From Dictyostelium discoideum (lineage: Eukaryota), in contig CM000152.2 in the NCBI GenBank assembly GCA_000004695.1, positions 896,001 to 960,000 of the forward strand: a DNA stretch of 64,000 nucleotides, in the 5' to 3' direction. Under the pieces are notes generated by a model. The model did no database searches. It was not told the origin of the DNA and saw only the letters and a program-made list of their open reading frames with translations. Every line of letters begins with the position of its first letter. Position 1 is the stretch's first letter. Shown piece by piece: positions 1-18,107 of the stretch. The position numbers were made by a program, and so were the translations under genes.

Positions 1-404
1 GATAAAAAATAAAACAAATAAAAAAAAAATAAAAAAAATATAAAATTGTTTTTTGAAATAAGAGAAAATAAATAAAATTTTAATATAAATAATTAAGTTA
101 AAATAAAACAAACTTAAATTTAAAATAAAAAAAATAAAAAAAAAAATTTGTTTAGATAAAATAAAAAAAAAATAATTACTCGACTCATCGATAGTAGTTT
201 ATTATCAATCACATACTTTGAACCAAATAAATTTCAAGTTTATCAAATGAATCTTATAATGATCATTAAAAAAAAAAAAAGAAAAGAAAAAATAAAAAAT
301 AAAAAATAAAAAATAAAATAATTGTAGATTCTTTTTTTCAATGTTTTTCTTTTTTTTTTTTTTTTGTTAATTCTTTCCTTTTTTTTTTTTTATTTTTTTT
401 TTTA

Positions 405-436
<32 letters not shown>

Positions 437-579
437 TATAAAAAAAAAAAAAAAATTACGATTATTTTTCCCTTGATTGATATTTTATAACAAAAACGAT
501 AAAAATCAATTAATTACACAACAACAGTTCACTAATATCTTTTTTTCTTTTTTATTTTTTATTTTATTTTTTTTATTTT

Positions 580-670
580 TTATTGTGATTGGTTATTTTA
601 ATTGATTGTAACCATACTATTAACCAATGAAATTAAATAAAATCTAAGCCAATCAATCAACAAAATATCT
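580..670. promoter_or_regulatory. Cluster of CCAAT / ATTGG motifs about 200-270 bp upstream of the Ras-like GTPase ATG
   Basis: tgtgattggttatt, ttaaccaatgaaa and aagccaatcaatcaa, lying in otherwise homopolymeric A/T DNA. Confidence 0.2.
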
Positions 671-853
671 AAAATCTTTTTTTCATTGAAAAAAAAAATG
701 GGCTTGGTCTAAAAAATATAAAACCTTTCGACTTTTCATTTTTCTTTTTTTTTTTTTATTTTATTTTTTATTTATTAAAAAAAAAAAAAACCCTAAGACG
801 ATAAAAAAAAAAACATACAAAAAAAAAAATAAAATAAAATAAAACAAATAATA

Positions 854-1725
854 ATGCCAAAAGCAACATTTAAAATATTATTAATAGGAGAAACTCAGGT
901 TGGTTGCTCGACAATATTATCTCAATTTAAAAAATCCTATGCCACAGAAAAGTAATTATTTTTTTTTTTTTGAAAAAAAATGAAAATAAAAATGAAAAAA
1001 AGGGGGCGAAACTTAAACCAAAATTTTATTCATATTATTAATTGAATAATTTTTATTTTTTATTTTTTATTTTTTATTTTTTTTTTTTATACATTAAAAG
1101 AAATGAAAATAAATTTGGAACATTGAATAAAAATAAAGAAAAACCTAAAGAAGAAAAAGATAAAGTTGAAGAAGAAGAGATAAAATCATTTAAACAAATT
1201 GTCTATCATGAAAATACAAAATATATGTTAGATATTATAGATCATAAATTCATAAATCAAACTATAGAAGAAGGACAAGAACAACAAGAACAACAAGAAC
1301 AAAACACAAATTTACCATTTGAAGATTTTATTAAAGAATTTCATGGATTTATATTGGTTTATGACATAACAAAATTATCAAGTTCAAAGAAATTAAAAGA
1401 AATGTACGAATTGATTAATAAAAACAATCATTGTAATTATAGATCAATTTTATTAATTGGTAATAAGAATGATTTAAAAGATGAAAGAGAAATAACTTAT
1501 AGTCAAGGTGAAGAATTTGCAGAGAATTTTGATTGCCTGTTTTCTGAAATATCCTCAAAAGATATGATTCAACTTGATTCTGCTATCACCTCTTTAATTA
1601 CTGATTTGGTAACAAAAAGGTATGAAAGTATGACAATTACAAAACAATCTTCCTCAAAAAGTAAAAAAAAATTCATATTACCTTTTAAAAGTGGTTTATC
1701 AAATAGAAATTGTAAATTTATGTAA
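854..1725 (+). CDS. Atypical Ras-family small GTPase, 2 exons (854..951, 1101..1725), CAAX box CKFM at C-terminus
   Basis: Exon 1 MPKATFKILLIGETQVGCST ends at a GTAATT donor at 952 in phase 2. The acceptor AG at 1099-1100 restores the frame of ORF 1042..1725. G4 NKxD (LIGNKNDL) and G5 SAK-like (SEISSK) motifs are present, with Ras-like FILVYDIT. The P-loop has Cys in place of the invariant Lys (GETQVGCST), and no DxxGQ switch II is recognisable. Confidence 0.6.
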
Positions 1726-2125
1726 AAAAAAAAAAAAAAAAAAAGATTTATTTATTATGTAGAATTATTTTTGGAAAATTTTTAGTGGAAAATAATAATA
1801 AAAAAAAAAATAAAAAATAAAAAAAAAAAAAAAATAATAAAAAAAAAAATATCCAAGATTTCTTTTTTTTTTTATAATTTTTTGATAGCAAATTAATTTT
1901 AATGAATAATTCAAATATTTTATTTTAGTTTTGGTTATTTTTTTTAAAAATAAACTTATTTCGATTACTGCAAAATAATAACTCTGACCACACAATTTAT
2001 TTTTAATCGTTATAATAAAATTCATATTTTTTTTAATATTTAGATTCTTTATTTGAAAAAAATTATTGAGATTAATATCCTTTAAGATTCTATCAAATTA
2101 AAAAAAAAATAAAAAAAAAAAATAA

Positions 2126-2166
<41 letters not shown>

Positions 2167-2174
2167 GATTTTAA

Positions 2175-2207
<33 letters not shown>

Positions 2208-2274
2208 GTATATATTTTTAAAAAAAAAAAAAAAAAAAAAAAATAGAAAAAATAATATTTATATAATTAAATTT

Positions 2275-4389
<2,115 letters not shown>

Positions 4390-5092
4390 CAACCCAAGAT
4401 ATAAATTCAATTGTTAATGAAAATGCAACTTCGGAAATAGACGCCATTTGTGATGAAACTGCATTCGAAAGATAGAAAAAAAATATAAAAAAAAAATAAT
4501 AAAAAAACATATAGGTGTTTACATTTTAAAGATTATTATATTTTCACACAGGGTGTGTGTTTTTTAATGACCTAAATTTTTTTCAAAGTAACACACAAAA
4601 TATATGATATATGATCCATTTTTAAAAAAAAAAAAAGATAGATATTAGATAAAAAACTAAAAAAAAAGTATGGATGAATTATTTAGTTGTTTTATTATCT
4701 ATTTTTTATTATTTATTTTTTTTTTTTTCCAAAAAAAAAAAATGAAATGAAAATAGAAAAAAAAATAAAAAAAAAATGAAAATTCACCAGATATTTATGA
4801 ATTTTTGATTTCTTATTTTTTTTGACTTTTTTTTTTTTTTTTTTGACTTTTTTTATTTTATTTTTATTTTTTTTATTTTTTTTATTATATTTTATTTTTA
4901 TTAATTTTTCTATTTTTATTTTTATTTTATTTATAGTTTTTAAAGAATCAATATCGATATGAACAAAAAAAGAAAAAAAAAATTTTGAGAGTTGAATTGC
5001 AAAAAAAAAAAAAAATTAATTTTTTTTAATTTTTTTCAGATAAACAAATCCAGTCAGTTTCATTTTTCATTTTTTTTTTTTTTTTTTTTTTT

Positions 5093-5140
<48 letters not shown>

Positions 5141-5379
5141 ATTGTATTAAAATTACATTAACTTTTTTTTTTATATTGCTAATCTTGTTTTTTTTTTTTT
5201 TTTTTTCTTTTTTTTAGTTTTTGTTTTGTTTTTGTTGTTTGATAATTTTGTGTTTTTATTTTCTTTTTTGTTTAATAATTTTTTATTTTTTTATTTTTTT
5301 TTTTTTGGTCATAAAAATTGTATTATCATACCCACACACTTTTATAATATTATAAAAAATATATTTATTTTAAAAGAAA

Positions 5380-5502
5380 ATGATTGAAAATAGAGATGGT
5401 GCAAATGTCGATCTTCAAAAAGAATTAGGTAAGTTTTTTTTTTTTTATAATAAACAATCATTTGATAATAATAATAATAATAATAACTAGAAATAAAAAT
5501 AG

Positions 5503-5537
<35 letters not shown>

Positions 5538-5582
5538 AAATAATATTATCTCCCCCCACCCACACAAATAATTTTAAAAAAA

Positions 5583-5631
<49 letters not shown>

Positions 5632-8104
5632 ATCTTTAAAATATATTTATTAATTTATACGTGTATAATTAAATAAATTAGAGGAGTACAAAGCAAAATT
5701 AGAAGCAGCATTAAAAGATAATCAAGATCTTATTTTATCAATTAAAAATCTTGAAAATCAAAACACTGACTTGCAAAATAAATATGAAGATATCGTTCTA
5801 AAATCATCAAAAACTTCCTCTACAACCAAGCCAACAACAACCACTAATACTGTAAAACCAACAGCAGCAAATGGAAAATTGGCATCATCAACATCATCAA
5901 CATCCTCACCTTCTAAACCAACAACAACTACAATCAAACCAACAACAACAACCACTACAACTGTAAAACCAACTACAGTTAAACCAGTTGCTGCTACTAA
6001 ACCAACTACTACTACCACTACTACTACTACAACCACTAAACCAACCACAACTGTAAAACCAACTACAGCTTCATCCAAACCATCAGCACCAAAACCAACA
6101 ACAACTACAACTACTAAACCAACAACAGCACCAGTTTCAAAACCAACTGCTACAGTTGCAAAGAAACCAGCAGCTGCCACTACCACTGCAGCTACCTCCA
6201 AACCAGCACCATTAACAACATCTTCATCATCATCTAATTTAAAAAAGACTGACTCAAAAACTAAACTTACCTCCACCACCACCTCTACTACATCATCACC
6301 ATCACCAAAACCAACAACATCAGCAGTAAAGAAGCCAGCTTCATTAACTACCACCACCACCACCACCACTGCTACCACTAAAACATCAACCCCAACTAAA
6401 CCAATAACAACCACTCCAACCAAACCAACAACCACTCCAGTCTCTAAAGTATCAACACCATCCAAAACCACCTCAACACCAACAAAGACTTCAACCCCAA
6501 CTAAAACTTCAACCACTACACCAACTAAACTCAGCAATACACCATCTTCATCATCATTAAAGAAAGTTGATGATAAGAAGAAATCATCAACTGATTTATC
6601 AGCAGCAGCAAAGGTAATTAAAACTGAAACTCCAACTCCTTCTGTTGAAATTCAACCAAAAGAAGAAGAAACAATTAAAGAAGAAATTAAAGTTGAACCA
6701 ATTGTTGAAGAAAAGGTTGAACAAGAAAAACAAGTTGAAGAACAAGTTAAAGTTCAAGAAGATGTTAAAGTTGAGGAAGAAGAAGATGTTAAAGTTGAAG
6801 ATGTTAAAGTTGAAGAAGTAAAAGTTGAAGAAGATGTTAAAGTTGAAGAAGAAGATGTTAAAGTTGAAGAAGAAGATGTTAAAGTTGAAGAAGTAAAAGT
6901 TGAAGAAGATGTAAAAGTTGAAGAAGAGGTTAAAGTTGAAGAAGATGTAAAAATTGAAGAGGAAGAAAAGGTTGTCCAAGAAGAAGACAAAGAAGACAAA
7001 GAAGAAGAAGATAAAGAAGAAATGGTACAAGAGGAAGAAAAAGAATTCATCCAAGAAACCACAGAACCAATTCAAAATATTGAAATCGACCGTTCAATGG
7101 ATGATTTTAAATTTGATCAAGATGATATTAAATTTGATGAAATTGAGTCAGATCTTGAATCAAACTCTTCAAGAGAAAGAGAAAGAGAAAATGAAAATAA
7201 ATCAATTGATGAACCACTTAAAGAAGAAGTATATGAAACTGAATCAGTTGGTAGTAATAATGAAAAAGAAGAACAAGAACAAGAACAAGAACAAGAACAA
7301 GAACAAGAACAAGAACAAGAACAAGAACAAGAAGAACAACACGAAGAACAACACGAAAAAGAAGTAAAACAAGAAGTTGATGAAGAGAAATTCATTGATG
7401 AAGTTATTGTTGAGGAAGAAAAACAAGAACAAGAAGAGAAAGAAGAAGTTGTTGTTGTTGTTGTTGAAGAAAAACAAGAAGTTGTTGTTGAAGAAGAAAA
7501 ACAAGAAGTTATTGCTGAAGAAGAAGAAGAAGAAGAAGAAGAAAAGGAAGAAGAATCTATTGTTATTGAGGAATCAAAACAAGAAGAAGAAGAAAAGGAA
7601 GAAGAATCTATTGTTGTTGATGAATCAAAACAAGAAGTTGTTGTTGTTGTTGGAGAAAAAGAAGAAGAAGAAACTATTGTTGTTGAAGAACAACCAATAC
7701 AAGAAGTTGAAACTGAACTTGTTGAGGAGGAAGAAAAACTTGAAGAACAAGTTGTTGAAGAAGAAAAAGAAAGACAAGAAATTATCGATGATCTTTTAGG
7801 TAATGATGATGATAATAAAAATGAAGAAGTAGAAGATGAAGAAGAAGAAGAAAAAGAAGATGAAAAAGTAGAACAAAAAGTAGAAGATCCACAACAACAA
7901 CAACAACAACAAGAATCATCCAAATTTGATTTAGAATTTGATTTTGATTCAATTTCAACTTTTAAACCAAATGAAAACAACAACGCTCAAACTGAATCAT
8001 CTCAAAAATCAAACTTTTCCGATCTTCTTGATTTAGATTTCACCAACACATCAACCACATCTGCTACAATTTCTGTTGAACAAGAGGTTGAAGAAATGTT
8101 TTAA
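5380..8104 (+). CDS. Low-complexity mucin-like / acidic repeat protein, 2 exons (5380..5428, 5682..8104)
   Basis: Exon 1 is MIENRDGANVDLQKEL ending at donor GTAAGT (5429). The acceptor TTAG at 5680-81 joins in frame to EEYKAKLEAALKDNQDLILSIKNLENQNTDLQNKYED, a coiled-coil-like stretch. This is followed by KPTTTT/TKPT Thr-Pro repeats, then EEDVKVEE and (EQ)n acidic repeats. Confidence 0.6.
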
Positions 8105-8323
8105 AAATAAAATAAAAAATAAAAAATAAAAAATAAAAAATAAAAAATAAAATAAAACAAATAATAACAATTAAAATAAAATAAAATAAAATAAAATTTT
8201 CTTTTTTTTTTTTAATTTTTAATTTTTAATTTTTAATTTTTATAAATACAACAACAACAACAACAACAACAAAATGTACATGAATTATTTATTTATTTAT
8301 TTAATTAATTTATTTAATTTAAT

Positions 8324-9287
8324 TTATTTATTATTTTCTTCTTGTAATTTTTTAATATTTTCTAATTCATCTCTTAATAATTTATCATTTGGTTCTAAAC
8401 GAATTGCTTGAACTAAACATCTTTTAGCAGAATCATATTGTTTATTTAAAGAATAAGCTTGACCCATACGATAATAGAATTTAGCAGTTGTATTACCACC
8501 CAATTCCAATATCTTTTCACAATTACTTATACCTCTTTTACCATCTTTCAATTTAATATTACAAGATGCTAAATTTAAATATAAAATTATTAATGTATCT
8601 TTTAATAATTTATTCTCCATTTCATTTAATCCTAATGTTTGTTCTGGATCATTCAATATCCAAATACTCTTTACATAATGTCTAATTGATTTCTTATAAT
8701 TTGATTTCTGAAAGAACTGATTACCAATCTCTTTCTCTTCTTTTGATTTATTTATTAATGATTCAAAATTTGTAAAATCCTAAAAAATAAAATAAAATTA
8801 ATAAAATTAATAAAATTAATAAAATTAATAAAATTAATAAATTATTTATTTACTTTATATTTATTTTAATATACATACATTTGATTTTAATTTATATGAT
8901 AATAATTTAATTTTATAAATAACTGAAACATTTGGGGGTATAAAAGGTGGTAAACCTAATTTACCAAATGCATATCTTTGAGTTGTAACGATTTCAGCTT
9001 CTTGACCAACTTTCATTGTTGAAATGGATAGTTCAATTGCATCAATAACTGATTTTGTACCCATTTGAAATGTAAATGGTGAATTTCTTTGTACTGATGA
9101 ATCGAATAAAACTTGATTCGATAAATATCCTTCATAATGAACTGTAACAATTGATCTTGGTGGTGGTATTTCACCATATCCTTCTTTTATAATTCTTTTA
9201 ATTAAACAACCATCTGAATCTAATTGAATACCTGCTTTTCTTGGTTTATTATTAATATTATTATTATTATTACTATCACTATTTATT

Positions 9288-9363
<76 letters not shown>

Positions 9364-9523
9364 TTGAACTTATTAATCTTGGTGATGATATTGGTGATGA
9401 AAGTATTGAATTTGATAATATTGGCGATAATGTATTATTACTACTACAAACACTACCACCACTATTACCACTATTACCACTATTACCACTATTATCTTTG
9501 TTTAAAGGTAATGATAAATTCAT
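8324..9523 (-). CDS. FKBP-type peptidyl-prolyl cis-trans isomerase with C-terminal TPR repeats, 2 exons (9523..8879, 8779..8324)
   Basis: The FKBP domain includes VTVHYEGYL, the downstream SPFTFQMG segment and [17 protein letters not shown]. Donor GTATGT on the minus strand at 8878 and acceptor TTTTTTAG at 8780-81 join in phase 0 to the TPR region [21 protein letters not shown] through [27 protein letters not shown]. Confidence 0.8.
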
Positions 9524-9952
9524 CTTTTTCTATTTTTATTTTGTTATTGATTATCTGGAATTAAAAAAAAAAAAAAAAAAAAATAAAAATAAAAATAAAA
9601 AAAAACTTTTTTTCATTTTTTTTTTTTTTTTTTAATTTACAAAAAATAAACCATTTTACAAAAATCTCAAATCAATAATGAGATATCCACATTCATTCGA
9701 AAATGAGTTTATTTAAAACTTGGGATTTGTTGGATTTTTTTTTTTTTTTTTTTTAAAAAAAAACAATGGTGTCAAAATATTTCTGGAAAAAAAAAAAATG
9801 TCAAATAAAAAAATAAATAAATAAAAATGTTTATCAAATAGCTATTTTTAAATATTTATTAAAAGGTTATGCATGTTAAAAATCTTTTGTGGAATAAACT
9901 TTTAATAAATGATGGAAAATTAAGAAAAACCTAAACTAACTAACTTTTTTTG

Positions 9953-9996
<44 letters not shown>

Positions 9997-11157
9997 TTTG
10001 GTGGTTTGAGGGTCAAAAAAAAAAAAAAAAAAATATCTGATGGTTAATTTAAAGGATTAAAAAAAGGATAAAAAAAAAAAAAAAAAAAAAATATATATAT
10101 ATAAATAATATATGGTAATATTAAAAAATATTTACTTAAAGGTAAAAAATAAAAAAAAATGAAAATTTAAAAATAAAATAAAATTTAATCAAAGAATAAA
10201 AAAAAAGAAAAAAAAAGAAAAAAAAAAGAAATAAAACAAGCACCAATGGGCACTGTGTTCAAAATTAGTGTGATTATAATAATGAAAAACAAAAATAAAA
10301 AAAAAAAAAAATAAAAAAAAATAAAAAAAAAAATTTGAGGGCACCCCTGACAATTACTGATCAATTTAAAAAAGTTTCTCTTAATTACTTTTATTTTTTT
10401 TTTTTTTTTTTTTTTTTTCTTTTGCTTTGCTTTGCTTATTTTTTTTTTTTTTTTTTTTTTTTTTATTTATTAATAATAATAATACCAAACTATTTTTATA
10501 CCCTATAGAAATAATAATAAAAATATATTGTTAATATTAATAATATATTGTATAGTAATAATTATAATAATTCAAGTTTAATTAATAGTTTACAGATTAC
10601 CCATCTCATCAATTGATTAATCACTTTTTTTTTTTTTTCCTTTTTTTTTTTCTTGTTTCTCTTTTTAAATACACACCCAGTTTTTTTTGTTTATTTTTTT
10701 TTTTTTTAAAATTTAAAATTTTTTTTCTTTTTTTTTTTTTTATTTTTTATTTTTTCTTTTTTTTTATTTGTAATCACCCCACTCACCCTATTTAAACATA
10801 ATTGCTAGTATATATTCATATACAATAGATACCTATTAAATACCAACTTTTATATCACCATCATCATCATTCTTAAAAAAAATAAAAAATAAAAAATAAA
10901 AAATAAAAAAAAAAAAAAATAAAAAAAAAAAAAATAAAAAATAATCACAATAAAAAAAAAAAAAACAAACCTTTATTTCAAAATTTTTTAAATATTTTAT
11001 TATTTATAATAAATATTTTTTTTCTTTATATATATTTTATAAATAATAATAATAATAATAACTTTAAAAAGTAAAAAATAAATATATTTTTTTTTACAAA
11101 ATAATAAATAATAAATAATTTAATTTAATTTAAATAAATAAAAAAAAAAAATAAAAA

Positions 11158-12849
11158 ATGATAAATGACCATGAATCAGTAATTGATGTTGGATCTGATG
11201 ATGAAAGAGAAAACTTTGAAGATGAAGAAGATACAACAACAGTTTATTCAAGTGATCCTTTATCAAGACCTACAATGGATAGATCATTAGCAGCTAAAAT
11301 GTATATTGAACAATATTATATAAATGCTCAACAATCTGTAAAAGAAAGAGGTCAAAGGTAAATTTTAAAATAAATAAATAAATAAATAAATAAATAAATT
11401 CTAATTCTTTTTATTTTTTTTATATTTTTTTATTATTTTTTTTTAAATTTATTTAGAAGAAAAGATTTAGAATTAAAATTAGAAAATATGAAATTATCAT
11501 CAAAAGAATCAAATGATCTAAGAAAAGAATTGGATAAGAAAGAATCTGATTATATGAGAATAAAGAGATTAAAATTGAAGAGATCGGATTTTGAAGTTAT
11601 TAGGATCATTGGTAGGGGTGCATTTGGGGAGGTTAGTTTGGTACGTCATAGGGAATCGAATGATTTGTATGCAATGAAGAGATTAAAGAAATCAGAGATG
11701 TTAAAGAAGGAGCAAGCAGCACATGTTAGGGCTGAACGTGACGTATTGGCAAGTGCAAACACTAATTGGGTGGTGAAACTCTACTATTCGTTCCAAGATG
11801 ACAATTACTTGTACTTGATTATGGAGTATCTCCCCGGCGGCGATATGATGTCCCTTTTGATAAAGTATGACATTTTCACAGAGAATCAAGCACGTTTCTA
11901 CATAGCAGAGACTATTTTAGCCATTGAGTCTGTGCACACATTGGGTTACATTCATCGTGATATTAAACCCGATAATCTATTGCTAGACTCAAAGGGACAT
12001 GTGAAGCTTTGCGATCTCGGCTTGTGCACTGGTTTCCATCGTTTGCATTCCTCAGAATTCTATCAAATGTTGGTGGGCGATGCCATGACAATCAAGATGA
12101 AGCTCATCGAAGCAACACCCTTGACCCAGACTGAGAGAATCGCATCTTGGAAGAAGGCAAGAAGGGCCTTGGCCTACAGTGCTGTCGGCACCCCTGACTA
12201 TACCGCTCCAGAGGTGTTCCTACAAATTGGGTATAATAAAGAGGTGGATTGGTGGTCACTTGGTGTCATACTCTATGAGATGGTTGTGGGTCATCCACCA
12301 TTTCTATCGGATAACACCACTGAGACTTGTTTAAAGATTCTCAATTGTAAAGAAACACTTCAAATTCCAACCGATATGGGTCTTTCAAAAGAAGTGATTG
12401 ATCTCATCAAAAGATTGGTTTGTGAGAAGGATCGTTACAAATCTGCTGATGAAATTAAATTACATCCATTCTTTAAAGGTGTGAATTGGGATAACATTAG
12501 AAATCAATCAGCACCATTCGTTCCAGAATTAAAAAGTCCAACTGATACTTCAAATTTTGATATTTATGAAGAAATTCCAAATGATATCGATGATGATGAT
12601 AATAACAATAATAATAATAGTAATAACAATATAAATTTAAATGATAATATAAATTCAAACTGTACATATACAACTCCAACTAAAAAATCAAATATTATGG
12701 GTAAAGGTAATATAAAAGATAAAGATTTAGCCTTTATTGGTTTCACTTTTAAAGGTTTTGACGCTGTAAATAAAAGTCCAACAAATAGAAGAAATGTTGA
12801 GTCAATTTTTAATACGAATAATTCAACAACTACTTCAACAACAAAATAA
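11158..12849 (+). CDS. NDR/LATS-family AGC serine/threonine kinase, 2 exons (11158..11357, 11457..12849)
   Basis: N-terminal regulatory region [19 protein letters not shown]. Donor GTAAAT at 11358 and acceptor ATTTAG at 11455-56 join in phase 2. Kinase motifs are [25 protein letters not shown] and DLGLCTG. An NDR-type insert lies between subdomains VII and VIII before GTPDYTAPE. The C-terminal hydrophobic motif is FIGFTFKGF. Confidence 0.85.
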
Positions 12850-13095
12850 ATTAAAAATATTAAAAAATAATAAAAATAATATATATAAATATTAAATAGT
12901 ACTAAAAATAATAATATATAAATAAATTAATTTATATTTATAAATAAAATTTTTTTTTTCAAAAAAAAAAAAAAAGATAATTTATTTATTTTTTTTATTT
13001 TTTTTTATAATTTTAGAAGATAATAAAAACTTAATTTTCTCTTCTTTTTTTTTAAATTTTTTAGGGGTGTTTATAATATACATATATATATGTCA

Positions 13096-13134
<39 letters not shown>

Positions 13135-13147
13135 GGGAGGGGTGATT

Positions 13148-13474
13148 TTAAAAGTCAGATACCCTTCCATTTCTTTCCCAATCATTATATCTGGTTGGTT
13201 CTGGGCCTTTTGGTCCACCAATTTCTTTTGTTATTGGATTAACATATGGTTTAAATTCATCTTCGTCAAATTCTTCTTCTAAATCTTGTAAAAGTTGTTG
13301 ATTTTCCTTACTCATTTCAGCTTTTTTATTTGAAATATTGTTATTATTATTATTATTATTATTATTGTTATTGTTATTTATTGTTGTTGAATAAAAACTA
13401 CAATTAATTTTATTTGTTTGTTTGGTTGCATTCAAATAAATAATTTTATTGAATTTACTAATTAGGTTGTTCAT
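13148..13474 (-). CDS. Succinate dehydrogenase assembly factor 4 (SDHAF4 / DUF1674)
   Basis: The C-terminus [25 protein letters not shown] matches the conserved SDHAF4 C-terminal signature. It is a small single-exon 108-aa protein with a poly-N linker. Confidence 0.65.
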   Translation of the reverse strand: MNNLISKFNKIIYLNATKQTNKINCSFYSTTINNNNNNNNNNNNNNISNKKAEMSKENQQLLQDLEEEFDEDEFKPYVNPITKEIGGPKGPEPTRYNDWERNGRVSDF

Positions 13475-14003
13475 TTCTTTTTTTGGATATTTGTTTTTTT
13501 TTGTTTTTTTTTTTTTTTTTAAATAAAAGTTTTTTGTGTGTGAAATATGAAAATAAAAATTAAAAAACGTTAGAATATCTTTTTTTTTTTTTTTTTTTTT
13601 TGATTTTTTTTTTATTTTATTTTATTTTTATTTTTATTTTATTTTTTTTTTTTATTAAATGATGGTAATAATCAAATAATTCAATAAAATAAAAAAGTAA
13701 AATAAAAAAAAAAAAAATTTAAATAAAAACTTAATAATACAGTGTACCGATAATTATATATATTTTTTATATATATTTTTTTTTATTTTATATTTTTATT
13801 TTTATTTTTATTTTTATTTTTATTTTCTGATTCCAAAAGAAAAAAGATTTTTTTATTTTTCTATTTTTCTATTTTTTTTTTTTTTTTTTTTTTTTCTTTT
13901 CATTTTTTTATTTTATTTTTTTTTTCCTTCACAACCAGTTATAGTAATAAAGATTTATAAATATAATCTTCATATTCAAATTATTTTCTCTTTGTGTCTC
14001 TTG

Positions 14004-14056
<53 letters not shown>

Positions 14057-14603
14057 CAGCAGTGTGGTAGCTACCACACAACAGAGAGAATTTTAATCCT
14101 AAAAAAGGTATCCACATAACTTTATTTATTTAAATTTTTAATTTTATTTTTTATTTTTTATTATTTTTATTTAATATATTTTATTTTTTATTATTTTTTT
14201 TTTTAAAGTTTATTTATTTATTTATTTATTTTTTTTTTTGATTTTTTTTTTCTTTTTTTTATAACCATACACATACACTCACTATCACACACACACATAC
14301 ACACCACCACACATATATATTTATATATATAAAAAATATATATAAATATACATATATATAACACCACAAGCACAAAAATTCATCCACATATTTTTAACTT
14401 TATTTTTATTTTTTTCCTTTTATTTTATTAGTACATATAATTCAATATATATATATATAAATACTAATATATATTTTTTACTCCAACCAGAAATAAAAAT
14501 AAAATAAAAATAATAATAATAATAATAATAAAAAAAATCTAAATAATAAAAAAATCAAAAAAAAAAAAAAAATAAAAAAAAAAAAAACAAATCATTAAAA
14601 ATA

Positions 14604-17450
<2,847 letters not shown>

Positions 17451-17722
17451 AATTATTATAAAATAATAATAAAAAAAAAATAATTTATAAATAATAATGA
17501 ATTATTTACGATTCTAGTTGAATAAAAAATAAAATTGACTACAATCAAAAAAAAAAAAAAAAAAAATTAAATAATTAAAAAACTAAAAAACTAAAAAAAT
17601 GGTGTATTTGTTTCTTTTTTTTTTTTTTTTTCCATTTTCTTGTTTTGTTCTGTTTTTTTTAATTTTTTTTTTAATTCCATTTTTTTTTTTTTTTTTTTTT
17701 TTATTTTCTAAAAATAAAAAAA

Positions 17723-18075
17723 ATGAAAAAACCATATAATAAAAAAGTAAATGTAAACAAATGTATGGCAAATGATTTGATTATTACTTTTCCAATGAGA
17801 GATGAACAAATTATAGCCAAACTAGATTCAATCAAAAGATGGAAAAATGTAAATAAAAATCTTTATTCAATTGATGATTTTTGTTCATTATTGAATGAAT
17901 TTGAAATGATTCAATTTTCAATAGGAGGAAGCCCTTTGTTTAATAAAAACAATGGTAAACAATATAATTATTTAAAAGAATACAATTTGACTTCAACTTA
18001 TTTTAAAATGATTCAAAGAGAAAGAGATTTTTCAGTTTTAACAAGTTTTAAATCTGATATTATTAATAATGTAGG

Positions 18076-18107
<32 letters not shown>

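Noticed and set aside
5758-7983. Several long minus-strand ORFs (5758..6537, 6599..7075, 6754..7062, 7117..7983) and plus-strand K-rich ORFs overlapping the mucin-like gene
   Set aside because: All are alternative or antisense frames of ACC/ACA/GAA/GTT repeats. They have no start context or motif content, whereas the sense frame has a spliced coiled-coil N-terminus and continuous repeat architecture.
11158-11361. ORF 11158..11361 as an independent small gene
   Set aside because: It is the N-terminal regulatory exon of the NDR kinase. A 99-nt intron with GTAAAT / ATTTAG boundaries joins it in phase to the kinase ORF.
13929-14117. Poly-Lys ORF
   Set aside because: Antisense of a T45 homopolymer in the divergent promoter.
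17723-18103. ORF 17723..18103 as an independent small gene
   Set aside because: It ends in a GTAGGT donor exactly in phase with acceptor AAAAAG at 18158-59 of the downstream ORF. Joining them gives a continuous protein.
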